Of a DNA stretch of 64,000 nt, positions 43,088 through 55,390 are shown piece by piece. The notes under the pieces are model-generated. The model was not told where the DNA came from and did not search any database. It was given only the letters and a program-made list of their open reading frames with translations. Each line of letters starts with the position of its first letter. Positions within the stretch are counted from its first letter, which is position 1. The translations under genes and the position numbers were made by a program. The stretch spans positions 2,294,001 through 2,358,000 of the forward strand of contig NC_134028.1 in the NCBI RefSeq assembly GCF_964204645.1, read 5' to 3'. The DNA comes from Tubulanus polymorphus. Lineage: Eukaryota; Animalia; Nemertea.

Positions 43088-43952
43088 TTAAAGCACTCCT
43101 CTATCATTTAGTATAGTTTATAGACTTAGGGGGAATCCTCTCCATAAATGAAATATTTGTTGATGTTAATTTAACTTAGTACATCATTTATTACATATTG
43201 AGAAACGATATTCATTCAATGAAACTGGAAACTTATCCCAAATTCTAATAACTGTGGAGCTGGATCGGGTAGAACTTGAGTCCTGAACAATGGACAACAT
43301 CAATTCATACTACCCTATATACCTATCAAAAAACCTCTCGCGTATGAAAATTCTATTTTTTTCAATCATTTCAGTTGTTTCTGTTCTATTTATCTTTGAC
43401 AAACATGATAATTGATGGTAGATCATTTTTCTGACGAAGGTGGGAATATGACAGCTGATATAGCAGGTTTTGATAAAAGCTGTATTTGGATACTTAAAAA
43501 ATCGAATGAGTTCATTGAGCTCCACTTTATATATTCAAAACTGTAAATGATACTACAATAACCACACTAAAACATAGCGTAAATGATGTTTTGAGCCAGG
43601 TATCAATGTATAAATAAGTCAACCCAGGGCACATCCAAACCCTTCCCAATAGTTAACAATATGATTTAATGAAGAAATGAACACCGAGTATTTTCTATTG
43701 TTTTCAACTCAATTAGAGTAACATTTTTGTTTGTTTTTTTTTAGCCAAGCATAGTACAGAACTTCAAGTTAGTCGAAAAGATGAAGTTGATGTTAAAGAA
43801 AGTAAGTATCATATATCATCATGTATCGTATCGTTAAACACATCCAGAATCATACACAATATCTACGTATAAATCGATTCTGATTTTTTAACTGGAACTC
43901 GACCCAAGACTCTATTGACATCTGAGTAGTGACAATATTATCAATCATAAGG

Positions 43953-44232
43953 CGTGATCACGATTTGGCCCGGGTCTATGGGCATAGATCAGGCCAGAGT
44001 CAAATTTGGCCCATGCCGAATTAGACACTCACTCGATACTAAACAATACTTCTGGAACCAGTTGCAATTCACACCCAATAATTTGACCTAAAATTTGGTC
44101 CTACGTTTTTGTCGGTCGGGCCAAACAGGCACGGGACCATTTGTTACCCGCATGATCAGTTGCTCCGAGCTTGATTTAGTCTTTGCTAAAAATGCTCATG
44201 TGATCGCGGCTGTAATGGTCAAAGTGTCTAGA
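43953..44232. mobile_element. Dispersed repeat, copy 2
   Basis: Reverse-complement similarity to 38318-38605; related fragments near 47670-47720 and 51505-51595. Confidence 0.6.
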
Positions 44233-44366
44233 ATGAAACCTAGATAACAGTAAACAGGGTAAACCGCTCAAGTCTGTGAATATGACTAAACCTGCTTCTA
44301 TTTCCCTGATTCTCAACTCGATATGCGGTCAACGCTTCTGGATAAGGAGAAATTTTCACACCGACT

Positions 44367-45182
44367 TCAGTGTTTAATTGGACTGGATTTATCGAGTAAC
44401 TGTTTAAGTCTTGTCGATGAAACGAAGGCGCCGTATTTTTTGCCGACGCTTTGTTTGAACAGTTTTTCGACGTGTCGTGAATTCTCCGGTAGCGCGCGAC
44501 CGAGCGTGAACTCGTACACCAATTTCGCGTACGCGTAACCGATATCCGAGCAGTCGTATTTTTTTTCCTCAAATGCGACGTTTGTTCGTTCGGTCGCGTA
44601 ACTGACCGGCGTGGTCGTCGTTATCGACGTGGAGAGGCTGTCGCCGTCGTCGTCGGCTTGTTTCGACCGGTCGAGTTGTCGACCCGCGACCTGAAAGTCG
44701 TCGGAATGAAATACGTAAGGACGTCTTGGACGAGTTTGAACTGATAGCATCGTTTTGCTTTTGACGATCGTTAACGGCGGCAAACGATCGCGGTCGTCGC
44801 GTCGATCCGGACTCGCCAGAACATTCTCATTTGCTCGATTAACGGATTTCTTTTTTTCAGTCCGTTTACGTGAATTGGGCTTATCGTTTATCGGTAGTTT
44901 GGCGTCGCGCGAACCTACGCTTAATTGCGGCGTGTCATTTTTTGTTTTCATACCTTTCAGTGCCTTCAGCGCTTTCTGTCTGTCGAGGAATATATTTCTG
45001 TTCAGATTGTTCGCGTTTGTTTGCGTTGAACGCTCAATATCCGCTGTTTTCAAACGTATATCTTTCTTCGCCGGCGTCAGTTGATTTTTAACGGAATAAA
45101 CTAATCCCGGTAACAGAAATATCTCCAGTTTCACTAATTCTTCTCCGTTTTTGCCGGATTGTCTTTCACCTTGTCGAGGCAT
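44367..45182 (-). CDS. Intronless uncharacterised basic protein, ~271 aa
   Basis: The frame is open for 888 nt with first ATG at 45182 (GCAATGC). The GC/CpG-rich codon style resembles the AAK1 terminal exon. Non-repetitive sequence; no family recognised. Confidence 0.6.
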   Translation of the reverse strand: MPRQGERQSGKNGEELVKLEIFLLPGLVYSVKNQLTPAKKDIRLKTADIERSTQTNANNLNRNIFLDRQKALKALKGMKTKNDTPQLSVGSRDAKLPINDKPNSRKRTEKKKSVNRANENVLASPDRRDDRDRLPPLTIVKSKTMLSVQTRPRRPYVFHSDDFQVAGRQLDRSKQADDDGDSLSTSITTTTPVSYATERTNVAFEEKKYDCSDIGYAYAKLVYEFTLGRALPENSRHVEKLFKQSVGKKYGAFVSSTRLKQLLDKSSPIKH

Positions 45183-46791
45183 TGCTACTTTTTTCGATAC
45201 ACAAACATTCGCATTCCTCAATATACAGAAACAGTTCTGATTTACTTGTATCAAGTAATGAATAATTTATCGGTATCAGTTTCTTGTTTTCACTATCCTT
45301 GATATAAGCTGCACACACATTCAAATCGATCTGTTACAAGTTTGTCGCCATCGTTTTTGTCTAGCTTCGTAGACACAGTTTTTAAGTCGATGCTTCTAAA
45401 ACCTTCAGTTTCAAGGTAATAATGATCTGCCGTTCAGAATTCCGTTCTCATAGTTTAGCTTTCATTAAATGAATTGAGGGGAACTCAAAATTTTAATATC
45501 TAACATTTTATCTTGCGTGAGATAACGATCTTGAATTCCGCGCCCTAATGGATTTTATGAATCCTAATTGATTTAATTGAATCGGTACTGTGGCGTTCAC
45601 CGCGGACTCTTGGTGGGTGCGCTATTGTATAAATGAATTCGATATTACGAGTATTAGAAGCGATTTCATGAAGTTCACCGATGATTTCAATGGCGTGTAC
45701 AGTTTGACTCGGATATCACGCATACTTCGTGTCATTATACGGGTCTTAAATTTCATTCATATCATTCCACAAAAATGTCTTTAGCACAGGATTTATCATA
45801 CATTCATTTTAACACCAAATGGTATTGTTACAAGTACAGCGCAGCACATTGTTGCAAAAATGTATATGATATTACGGGACCTCAAGTTTACGCACCTCAA
45901 GCTAATTTATGATATTTACTTAGTTTTACTGATTGTTTTTGCTTATTGGAAAATTCCTTGCGGTTTCCTGTTGTTGGTACAACCCCCTAATAGTGATGTG
46001 AAAAAGGTATGATCTTTCATTGGTAGAATGCCCCGATTGCTGTATGTCAATATCCATCAGCTAGATATGATCTCACATGTCCTCTAAATCCAGTATGCAC
46101 GTGCTCGTGATGTTGAGGGGTATCGTGTTTCTGATCGCGAAATCACTGACCTTCACAAAACTGAACCTAAACCTATTTTCGCGTTGATTTCTCCGACCTT
46201 CAACGAACACTCGATATACAAAGTCTGATATTTTTTTCTGAAAATTTTTTTGTCGAAAGCACTTTTAATGACTCTGTGAATTGTTTCGTTGAGTGTGTAT
46301 GGAGTGGCATGATTACCTAGTTATGTATAGTTGATATATTCAGGTAATGTTGTTGAATTGGAACTAACGCACAGACGGAACAACCTTTTATCGTTTTTTC
46401 TTATCATGCATTAATGCGAAAAAAAATTTGGTAAACCGTGATTGTTACGGCAGCAACCTTGACACAATGTCCTTTTTTTCTTATCTCATCGTAACAATGA
46501 TTTTTAGTTGAAATAGAATCCTGTAGAAATAGAATCCCTTCATCATATTACACAGTTCCTATCGATATGTATATATTGAAGACTCAACAGACATCAGCAA
46601 CTTTGAGTATAGCATTTTTGGACCATCGTTATTGTGACAACTTTTTACGACTTACTCTTATTGCGTTGTGAATAGCCTATCTACAAGTAAGGCCTCAAAA
46701 ATAGTGACAACTTCAATCAATGCAATGACTTAGCCGAGTCTTTTCTGTGGATTTTGACAAGTAAAATACGTCTGTCTTTATATCCCTCTTG

Positions 46792-47010
46792 TTCCCTCTT
46801 GACTACAGGTGTGTACACTCAATATTGAATTGACTCTGAATCACAGTACCCGTTGACATAAGTTTAGAATGAAAGCATACTTATTTCACTCTCTTATATC
46901 CTACACATTGTTCCTCCCTAGATAACCCCCTGCCTCTCCCTTTCCCTCTTGACTACAGGTGTATGCTTGGATATCTAATTGACCCTGAACCCCAGTCCTC
47001 CTTGACATAA
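46792..47010. repeat. ~70-bp diverged direct duplication
   Basis: TTCCCTCTTGACTACAGGTGT...AATTGAC-CTGAA...CAGT...TTGACATAA at ~46792 and ~46942. Confidence 0.7.
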
Positions 47011-48446
47011 TTGCGCTACATAATCAACTATAAAATGATTTTATTTTTTCCATTCCATTAGGTTTTGATCGGGCTGTATGTACTAAGCCGGCTTTTTGCT
47101 ATTGGTTGTCAAACACTGCAGTTGTGTCCCAAATATGACCACTTTGGCCGGATGTTAGGTGTCTTTTTTGTCAATAAATACGGTCTGGATCATGGACTAA
47201 ATTAGTAGCAAGGCCAAGCGGATGGATCATCTATTTCATATTTTGTAGATGATGCCGTGTAGTGCGATGTAGTGTAACATTCATCATTGAAAATGACATT
47301 ACACATCGATCGATCGCCTCGTACACACGACCCACTAGATCACAGGGGCTTGTCACGTTAGCTGGGACTCTCAAATCATATACACTATCCTAGGTACCAC
47401 CTATAAAAAAAGTTTTCTTTTTTAGAGGTGGTACCTGTATTGAATCTTTTATTTTGGACCCCCGGCTATCGTGACAAGTACCTTGAATAACGTATGATAG
47501 TTCAATTTACTTACTGAATACTGGTGGCCTGGAAAAAACCTGGCTGCTAATGATTTTGAATGTTTGTCGAAATAATAACCTAGAAATCTGAGATGAAAAA
47601 ATCAATGTGCTGCTGAGAGATTGAGTAGTTGAATAGTGTGGAACAGATAACAGGTATGGATAAGCCGCGATTACACGAGCCAGTGCCAAATCTAGCCCTG
47701 AATCGGCCCGAGCCAATTTTAAGGTATGATTTAGCTGCCATACTTTCTACGGGTAGTCAAGATAAGTACTTAGATATGATAATTCATATGGTAATAGCCT
47801 ATTGTTATCATGTTTCCCGAAGTTCCTAGAAATTGCGATGGTTCATTGAACTGTTCAGGACTGCAAAAACTAGCAGATTACGGGATTCAACTATTCATTC
47901 AGTTGTTTGTTCAGAGAAAAAGCATGATATTCTTAAGTCTCTGTATTTTAGAAACTGTTTTATCTACTGGTAACTCTCTATAACTATTTGTATTGGATAT
48001 TATTGAAATTTCAGCATTCATTTAAATGATGATTTGTAAATTTTTTACCCTTGTCTCATGTCAATAAATTTGCTGGGAATTATGAAGAAACAGGTGTTTC
48101 ATTGTAATGTGGATGAAGTCGAGGAACGACCATAGATCATTGACCGACTGAGACTAGACTAGACTCTTCAAACTCTGCATATGATGAATTTCAACAGCTC
48201 AGTCCAATGCTAAATAAGCTTTTCGCCTACATTTTCATCGTTGGAAATATTTGAAATAAAATTCTTCCGGCGACACGTCACATGGTGGCGCCAAAGCCAT
48301 GTTAGGCTCAATTGCGAAGCTAGTTGATTATATATGCGTAGCACCTGAAGATGAACCTAGCATTTACCTTGTCATCGGTAAATCTTATTATTGGTTCGTT
48401 CTGTGCGACGACATGCTATCAATTTTCCTCTATCATCTATTTTGCA

Positions 48447-48663
48447 TTTCTCGCTCTCTTTCTCTGTCTCTCTCCCTCTCTCCCTCTCTCTCTCCCTCCC
48501 TCTCTCCCTCCCTCTCTCCCTCCCTCTCTCCCTCCCTCTCTCCTCCCTCTCTCCCTCCCTCCCTCTCTCCTCCCTCTCTCCCTCCCTCTCTCTCTCCCTC
48601 CCCCTCTCTCCCTCCCTCTCTCCCTCCCTCTCTCTCTCCCTCTCTCCCTCTCTCTCTCCCTCT

Positions 48664-48708
<45 letters not shown>

Positions 48709-48907
48709 TCCCTCTCCCTCTCCCTCTCCCTCCCTCTCTCTCTCCCTCCCTCTCCCTCTCCCTCTCCCTCTCCCTCTCCCTCTCCCTCTCCCTCTCCCTC
48801 TCCTCCCTCTCCCTCTCCTCCCTCTCCCTCTCCCTCTCCCTCTCCCTCTCTCTTTCTCTCTCCCTCTCTTTCTCTCTTTCTGTCTCTCTTTCTATCGCTC
48901 TCCCTCT
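48447..48907. repeat. ~460-bp compound CT/TCCC/CTCTCC polypyrimidine microsatellite
   Basis: Almost pure C/T on the + strand. Confidence 0.97.
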
Positions 48908-50123
48908 GCAGGTGACTTCTGAATCCCGTTGACCTTCGTCTGGCTTATTGAACTTCTCTCCCGTTACCTCAACTGCCGCTGCCACATTTTCCCTAGAGGC
49001 TGTAAATCCTGATGGCTCGAATCTTTATTCTCGATTGATGAATCTGTGCCTGGTGAGAACTCGCTGCTCATTCTGCTGCAACGGTGGGTGAAAAGTTCAT
49101 AAAAAACTTGGTCAAACGGTTATCGCTACGTCAAGGACGCCGTGCTGAGTAAGATGTCATTCCATAATTGAATTGCAGTAAAAGCACGATTCTCTATACA
49201 TTTCAAATTTGTTTTTCGACCTGTTATTGAACCTAACGCGTTGTTACCTTATTATTTTGCAAATCACCTTAACAGGCATTATTAACATGAGTTATGAGAT
49301 GTGTTGTGAAGTGCAGCTGTAACCAGCACCACCACCACCAGCATTGTGTTGTGCCTTTATCACTATTCAACAACTGAAGAATGAACTTTAAAAAACAAAT
49401 TTCTTGTTATAGTTGGAAAAACTGTTCTTTTCCTGAAATGGCTGCTAATAATGAATTTTGAAAGTTTCAACACTAAGATTGAAAAAATGATTTCAACTTC
49501 TTTCAATACGTCATCGTCGTCATCGTGTGATTGCGTAATGTAGGTTTTTTCCTCGAGAGTCGCTGAATTATTTAAGACCTGCCGAAGAACGCGTAATAAA
49601 GATGATTGAAAATAGTCTTGTCATTCTGTCGGTGATTGAGCTACTGTCGGTGATTGAGCTGCTCGGCGCTGTTCGCAATTTTGTTTCTCGATTTGATTCT
49701 CATTCTGTTTATTGGATATTCGTATATGTAACGTGTACCTGTCTGTTGTGATGTTGATTAATTTAACCCGGGGACGCCTTCCCCTTCTCTCTCGCCCCGA
49801 TGATAAAAACTATCGTTGATTGATGGCGAACTCTCTCCTCGATCAGACGGCATTCCGAACATGCGCGTCAGTCTATGAAAACAAGCTAGTTATAATTCCT
49901 TCTGTTTTGCACTTAATCGTCGTCGCGCGTTTCTTACAAAGAATATGATTGATCCCTCGGCCTTAACTCGGGGATTAACCGAAAACATAGAATGTTATAC
50001 GCGATAAAAAATAATCGTCTACAGGAAAGAGACATGCGTCGCCGGTATTAAAGGATTTCCTAACTGTATTTAGAGGGTTTGACCTTGACTCGAACAGATG
50101 AGGAAAGAATGATGAATGAAATG

Positions 50124-50594
50124 TGTAGTAGTTTCATGAAACCTAATCCTTATCTTGAATGAAGCTAAAATACTAATCCATGATTTCTCATATGAGTTTA
50201 GGCCCCTAAAACATTTTTGGAGTGGTAAAGCCCAATGCACACAACGCAGGGAAGCATGGAGACAGGAAACATGTTTCCATGTAGTAGTTTCATGAAACCT
50301 AATCCTTATCTCAAATGAAGCTAAAATACGAATCCATGATTTCTCATTCGAGTTGAAGCCCCTAAAACATTTTTGGAGTGGTAAAGCCCAACGTGCACAA
50401 CGCGGGGAAGCATGGAGACAGGAAACATGTTTCCATGTAGTAGTTTCATGAAACCTAATCCTTATCTCAAATGAAGCCTAAAATTGAATCCATGATTTCT
50501 CATTCGAGTTGAGGCCCCTAAAACATTTTTGGAGTGGTAAAGCCCAACGTGCACAACGCGGGGAAGCATGGAGACAGGAAACATGTTTCCATGT
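50124..50594. repeat. 156-bp tandem repeat x3
   Basis: TGTAGTAGTTTCATGAAACCTAATCC starts at 50124, 50280 and 50436. Confidence 0.95.
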
Positions 50595-50700
50595 GTATTA
50601 GTATAAAAATGAGAAACAAATTATCGAGATCAAACATGCTTGTTACCATGTTCTGTGTTTCCATGTTTCCCTGCATCATTTGTGTGTGTAGGATTTTAAA
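50537..50700. mobile_element. MITE whose left arm is part of the 156-bp tandem unit
   Basis: AAAGCCC...CACAACGCGGGGAAGCATGGAGACAGGAAACATG is inverted by CATGTTCTGTGTTTCCATGTTTCCCTGCATCATTTGTGTGTGTAGGATTTT. Confidence 0.6.
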
Positions 50701-51238
50701 TGAATTTTTGTCTTTCGAGTAGAATCTAACCCGGAAATACTGAACCAGGTTCTATTTCACTATCTCCGGCAACATTACTGTGGACCAGCTGGTAGGCGTA
50801 TTTATTTCTGTTCTACATAAATGTAATTCATTTTCTCGGAAAAGGATGTTTTTTTTTTTCATATGAATTGAAAAACATTAATCGTTCGACATCTGTTCTT
50901 AGAATTGATTATTGAAAGCGTATGTATGTAAACTGAACAATCCAGTAGAGGGCTCAGTTGTCCAAACATTCATCCTCTCATTATTGCAATTATCACCGAA
51001 ATGATATTCGATGATATTCATCTACGATGTTCATCTTAAAGCTGAAATATTTGTTCGATGTTTTTCTACATCGACCAAAATGTCCCATCATCACGGAGAT
51101 ACACTGGAATTATGGAAATGAGATTAAGCTTATCCCTGCTTGTTTAAGCTGCTTACCTTCTTAGTAGAAACCCAACATCATGGTTAGGAATTGATTTTAC
51201 ACCGTTCACCATTCATGGGGATTTGGGCTGCATCATCG

Positions 51239-51356
51239 CTGTGATGGCCTATCTCTGTGATGGCCTATCTCTGTGATGGCCTATCTCTGTGATGGCCTAT
51301 CTCTGTGATGGCCTATCTCTGTGATGGCCTATCTCTGTGATGGCCCTTCGCTGTGA
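51239..51356. repeat. 16-bp minisatellite (GTGATGGCCTATCTCT) ~6.5 copies
   Basis: Exact period 16 from 51241 to 51337. Confidence 0.95.
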
Positions 51357-53221
51357 TTACTATGCTAAATGCAAAATACAATTGATGGCACTATATTTTC
51401 AATTCTCGTGTGACTTCAATCAATTTATATACGTACTTGATTATCCATATTTGGACGAGAGAAAATTGAATACATCAAATAAATTGAGGTTAATCACTTC
51501 CGTGCTAAAATCGGGCCTAGTCCCATGTTAATGCCTGCATGGGCCCATTTGGCACCCATGTGAATGGTTGGTCCGGGCCAAAAATGTGATCGCAACTATA
51601 TTCTCTCCATGGCTTCCGGGTCAATTTGATTAACGTTATAAGGTTCAAATGTCAAATCCTTTGGACATTTTCCAACTTTTCCCCGATGACAGTAACTGTA
51701 CTGCCAATCCCCTGTTGTGTGTATCTATGACAATATAGTATTTCATACAACGCACTGGATGGATTTCATAGGCTCAACCGATAGATCAATATTTAACTTC
51801 AATTTTCAGGCTTATACGTGTAATTCAGTTCACTTATCTGTTTCTACTGTTCGCGAGTAAGTTGTATCGCGGTTTGATTAAAACTTCTTTTCATCATCGA
51901 CGTGATGCGGTTTGACTGCCGCGACGACTGCCGACTAGTCGCGGAAAAAAAATCTCTCATTTCAATCTGGAAATTGAAATGAATTTTTGAGTGTCTCCCG
52001 TGGTGTAGAACGGTTAACCGGTGATCGTACTCGGCATTTGCATTTGAGAAGCAATTAGTCCTCGGTTGAAAAACCACGATTTGCCGGTGGCGAAATCAAC
52101 TGCGCCGTCGATGATATCTCCCACTTGTATCAGATTGCTGAAGGGATCATTTTTTTTCTCCACGTATGCATTAAACTTATGTTTACACAAATTGTCTTGC
52201 TTTTTGTCATAATCTATCGTGAATATATCCCTCGATACCCGGGGTAACGCGCGAGCAACACCGGCGCGTTATTCTCGTACAAACGCCGCCAGCATTCGGC
52301 AAGAAAAGAAATAAGAAACATGTATTCTCATCTTCAGATTTATGACATATAAAACGAGAATATTTTCTGCTTCAGATGGCGAATTTTTGCTCAGACGTGT
52401 ATTATTCTCTTCTGCTGCGTGACATGTATTAAGCAATCTGTTGGTGTTATGTTTGCTAATGATAAAGAAGATACCACCGGTCCCTGGTCAGTTACCGGTT
52501 TCCTGCTACTGTTTATTGACCGATTATGCAACGCAATCACTGACGGGAATTGCAGTTTATTCCAATAGGGACTCTCTCTCTCTAGCGCTGAGTATGAAAG
52601 CTTCATATAAATTGAGGCCAAGTGAATGCTTGTCAGTTTTTTTGTTGCTGTCCAATTCTGGTTCACTTGAATACGTTGTAGCTACCCGAATTCATTAAAA
52701 AAAAACAAAGCTCACTTAATTGTAGTTCACTGGAATACTTTTTTGCTGTCTATAATTTCTGGTTTAATTGAACACTGTTCTGTCTAGTGTTCTGACTCAC
52801 TTAACTATTTTAGGGCCACAAAGTTGCCTAACGCTGGTTTCAGGTGAGGCCCTGAAGGTGCTGTCACTGATTTTAGTTGCCTGATTCTGGAATACAATAT
52901 AGATGGTGCTATATTTAGGAATTCATTACTCTGGGAAATTAATGCTTCGCTTTAATTGAAATTCGCTTTCACTCCTGTCTTCAATCTCTGTCTCAACTCA
53001 ATCTAACACGCTAAGCCTTCACTTATCAACGACCTCGTGTTGTTCGTCAAACCTTTTTCTAAACAGTTCTAGCTGTGAGAATTACCTCGCGTGCACCTGA
53101 TGATGATTTCATCATTACTGGTACAGGCAATTTAATTCTAAAAAAATAAAATTCATCTTCATTATCTCACCAGAACCTGCGTTTAGAAATTATCAATGCC
53201 ATTTTCAAATACTACCTACTT

Positions 53222-53308
53222 TATTGCATCCTCCCTCGGCAGGGATTCGAACCTGATGGCATGGCTAGACTCAGCCACGGCACGAACCCCTGCCACACTA
53301 GACTAGTA
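53222..53308 (-). mobile_element. tRNA-derived SINE head
   Basis: Minus strand reads TAGTCTAGTGTGG (A-box-like) ... GGTTCGAATCCC (perfect B box); no complete cloverleaf. Confidence 0.55.
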
Positions 53309-54964
53309 TAACAAATATGAAATCAAATTATGAACGGTGATTTTCTTGTACTGAAAAGTTGATTTTAACAATCCAATAGACAAGTCAGCATATGGTATAG
53401 AACGATGAAAGGAAAGAGATTACCGGTATCAATAGAATAGCAATACGTTTATTCAGTTATCAGTTACTCGTCATAAGAAATTTCCCACCAGCTTATGAAT
53501 ATGGGATAAATTGTGTTTAAAGGCTTTTTCAATTGTTACCTCGGCAAACTGCTTATCGGGGGTTTCAACCAACCTGTGACCTAGAGTATCCAGCTGTACG
53601 GGGGGGGGGGTATCCAGTATTACTGGTTGTTCGCAGCTGAGACTCGATAAAGTGAGCCACAGCAAAAAATTCCAAATGTCACATATCCCTTTTAAGATAG
53701 CACTAAATGACTGCATATATGGACCTTTTTTCATTCAAACTTCACTTGAAAACAGGCAGAAAAAAACGTGTTTTGTATTGTATGTTCAAACCAGACAGAA
53801 CGTTTGTCTCAGTCAAGGAAGTCCATGTGTACCTTTAGGTGACAGCCATTGATTACTGTGGACTTTGTTTATATATATTTTTAAGTTTTCTCGGTGAAAT
53901 AGATCATTTTTGAAAAGTATATCATCTATGATCTACTGAAAGTTATAAAATTTTAGTATTAAAAAACCTTATCATTTACTAATAGACTAAATGATGAAAA
54001 ATTTCTTAGTAAATAATATAAGTAGGTCTGGTTGGTCGGTCGTTGACAGGAGTAGGGTGGTTCTGTCTGGCATATCTCTTGAGGAATACGTTTATATGTC
54101 TGGTGATGTCTACGAGCACTCATGATACTGCCAATTTATAGGATAGATCGATTCTACTGGACAAAAATTTTGATAAAAAGACTGTCTGTCTGGCTGGTGG
54201 TCTGGTGGTCTGGTTGTGATCTATGGGTCTGAGTGAAACGAAATATCAATATCCAATAGCATTCATACTTAAAGTGTTGATGGATATATGATATGTGTCA
54301 GTGGTTCATCCCATGATCGCTGCCAGCCATAATATTCATAATATTTAGAATTGCCGCTAGAAAAATCTATGACATCTGAAATATGTTTTCATCGATTTCA
54401 ATACGACGCTAGATATTGTTTGACCCGTTTTTAGCCGTCATGTTTTTGCGGCCGGAATTAATTATCGCTCGGAGACAAAAAATCATTTCGCAGGTCAAGA
54501 GTCGAGTTTTAAAAAGCAGATTCCCATTAATTCTTTTGTCTCGTTGCCAGTCTGCTGCCTACCCATACGACCTTCACCTTGCGTCAGAGATATATAGCCG
54601 TTGGTAATTGATTGCCACTGGAATATGGGATTACAATGTGTCTCGTTGGCTTAATCTCTTTTTTGCAGTTCACCAGTCCTCTGCTGCACAGTAATCATAA
54701 AAATGTCTTTTGTTTGATGATTGCTTGCTGTTTTTTTTTTTGCGCGCGCGCTGGAGACGGAATCGCTGAGCGACGGTTTTAGCCGAGACAAAAAATGCCA
54801 CATTTCGAGACAAAAAACGAGCCATTTGAGAACATCCGTAATATGAGTGATTTCTGCGTTTCGGTAAACAACATCATCTATTTTAATTACTATGAAATTT
54901 ATGAGACAATATTTTACGTATTTTGTATTCAATAGACAACCAGAAAGCGATTATATCCAGACTT

Positions 54965-55390
54965 CAAAACCATTGATGAAACACTGTATCCGCGATGAGA
55001 CGATGATATAAAGAGAATTGCACAATAACAATGACTGAATAATAATATTAAGTCCAAGAAATGTTTCTTGCAGTTTATTCATTGTTTCGACTATATTCTA
55101 ATAGTCTTCTTTATATTTATATTCACTAAATGTATTATATAATTACCCCCTAATTTCCTCCTCTCTTCTCTACTGTTTATAGAGTTTAACTGTTTCTATG
55201 TTCATTTTCCTTTAGTCTGTATCACTTCTGATTGCTTTGTTCTGGATTGTATATAATGAATGTATATATTTCATAATTTCTATTGTCACTCAATATTCCT
55301 GAAGATGACTTATAGAATATTGAATAGTTGAAACATTGAATAAACTACAAGCAGTTTCAGACTCTCTGTTATCATTGTTGGATTCTCGTG
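54965..55390. mobile_element. Penelope-like remnant with inverted hammerhead-derived segments (same family as 35060-35345)
   Basis: + TATTC-CTGAAGA-T-GACT...AGTT-GAAAC-ATT-GAATA (55294-55342); - copy GACTAT-tagaat-ATAGTC-GAAAC-AAT-GAATAAAC (55106-55073). Confidence 0.65.

Noticed and set aside
44240-45091. Overlapping ORFs around the orphan gene
   Set aside because: Shorter shadow frames of the 271-aa ORF.
48299-48985. Four overlapping ORFs rich in SP/LS/ER repeats
   Set aside because: Translations of the CT microsatellite, which cannot contain stop codons.
53222-53308. Functional tRNA gene
   Set aside because: The B box is perfect but acceptor and anticodon arms cannot be formed; treated as a SINE head.
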